A DNA stretch of 64,000 bases from Patescibacteria group bacterium (GTDB taxonomy: Bacteria > Patescibacteriota > Patescibacteriia > UBA1558 > GWA2-36-10): NCBI GenBank assembly GCA_018819405.1, contig JAHJQF010000001.1, positions 34,097 to 98,096 of the forward strand, in the 5' to 3' direction. Numbering within the stretch: the stretch's first letter is position 1; each line of letters opens with the position of its first letter. Below the pieces are notes generated by a model. The model saw nothing but the letters and a program-made list of their open reading frames with translations, had not been told where the DNA came from and did no database searches. Both the position numbers and the translations under genes were made by a program. This document shows, piece after piece, positions 63,626 to 64,000 of the stretch.

Positions 63626-63964
63626 TTATTTGTGTTCTTTGTTAATTTTAAATAAATAAGCAAAATTACCCCAAGCAATAATATAAACTATCATAATAAA
63701 GAAAAATCCAACCAGAGGAATCTTGCCAATCAAGATATAAAGCAAGGCGCCAAAAGATATAAGTCCCAAAGGCGACCATTTATATTTTTTCAACAATCTT
63801 TCTTTGACTGTATTACCCAAAAGCCAAGCACCCATTACTTGAGCCAAATAAAGACCAATCAACCAAGCACCCATTATAATCATTGCTAAAGGCAGCCCAA
63901 TGACAGTAATAGCGATTAGCAAACAAGCTAAAGGAGTAACTACTAAAAGCAAAATACCTTTCAA
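63626..63964 (-). CDS. Small polytopic membrane protein, hypothetical
   Basis: Three or four TM helices; start/stop abut the upstream gene. Confidence 0.35.
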   Translation of the reverse strand: MKGILLLVVTPLACLLIAITVIGLPLAMIIMGAWLIGLYLAQVMGAWLLGNTVKERLLKKYKWSPLGLISFGALLYILIGKIPLVGFFFIMIVYIIAWGNFAYLFKINKEHK

Positions 63965-64000
63965 GAGTGTTCGGACACTGTGTTTTTTGGTTCTATTGTA

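Overview
AT-rich (by eye about 30% GC), gene-dense bacterial chromosome segment with short intergenic spacers and a reduced-genome, CPR/Patescibacteria-like character. Core genes are rpoD-dnaG, groES-groEL preceded by a perfect CIRCE operator, uvrA, secG, rnj, ppsA, ahcY, msrB, ogt, murI, ldh, a native trpS and a minus-strand tRNA cluster; all tRNA genes encode their 3' CCA. The window opens inside a DpnII-like GATC restriction-modification cassette whose gene order is rearranged around an inserted DUF262/DUF1524 (GmrSD-like) gene. The most striking feature is a mosaic of at least seven GC-rich patches (by eye about 50-60% GC), several abutting tRNA genes or carrying their own GC-rich terminators, which look like horizontally acquired islets. 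The largest, about 5 kb abutting tRNA-Ser, is a co-directional operon: a second TrpRS, a kinase-fold (APH-like) phosphotransferase, a pol-beta-type nucleotidyltransferase, a divergent TrpRS paralog with a C-x21-C-x6-C-x2-C cysteine cluster, and a HAD phosphatase. With the native trpS this makes three TrpRS-family genes in 64 kb, and the native trpS is itself sandwiched between two GC-rich foreign ORFs. This cassette is the candidate new tryptophanyl-tRNA-synthetase-centred resistance or small-molecule system. Other notable items are two GIY-YIG nuclease genes next to a duplicated tRNA-Asn 5' half, tandem paralogous secreted proteins (one a metzincin) sharing a novel C-terminal repeat plus Asp-rich module, a Memo-like/CapA fusion, a small RGG / FCS-like zinc-ribbon / Lys-rich protein, a GC-rich structured ncRNA candidate with its own terminator, and a CCCGTTAAA/TTTAACGGG inverted-repeat leader motif shared by two unrelated genes. 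No CRISPR array, integrase or transposase is seen.
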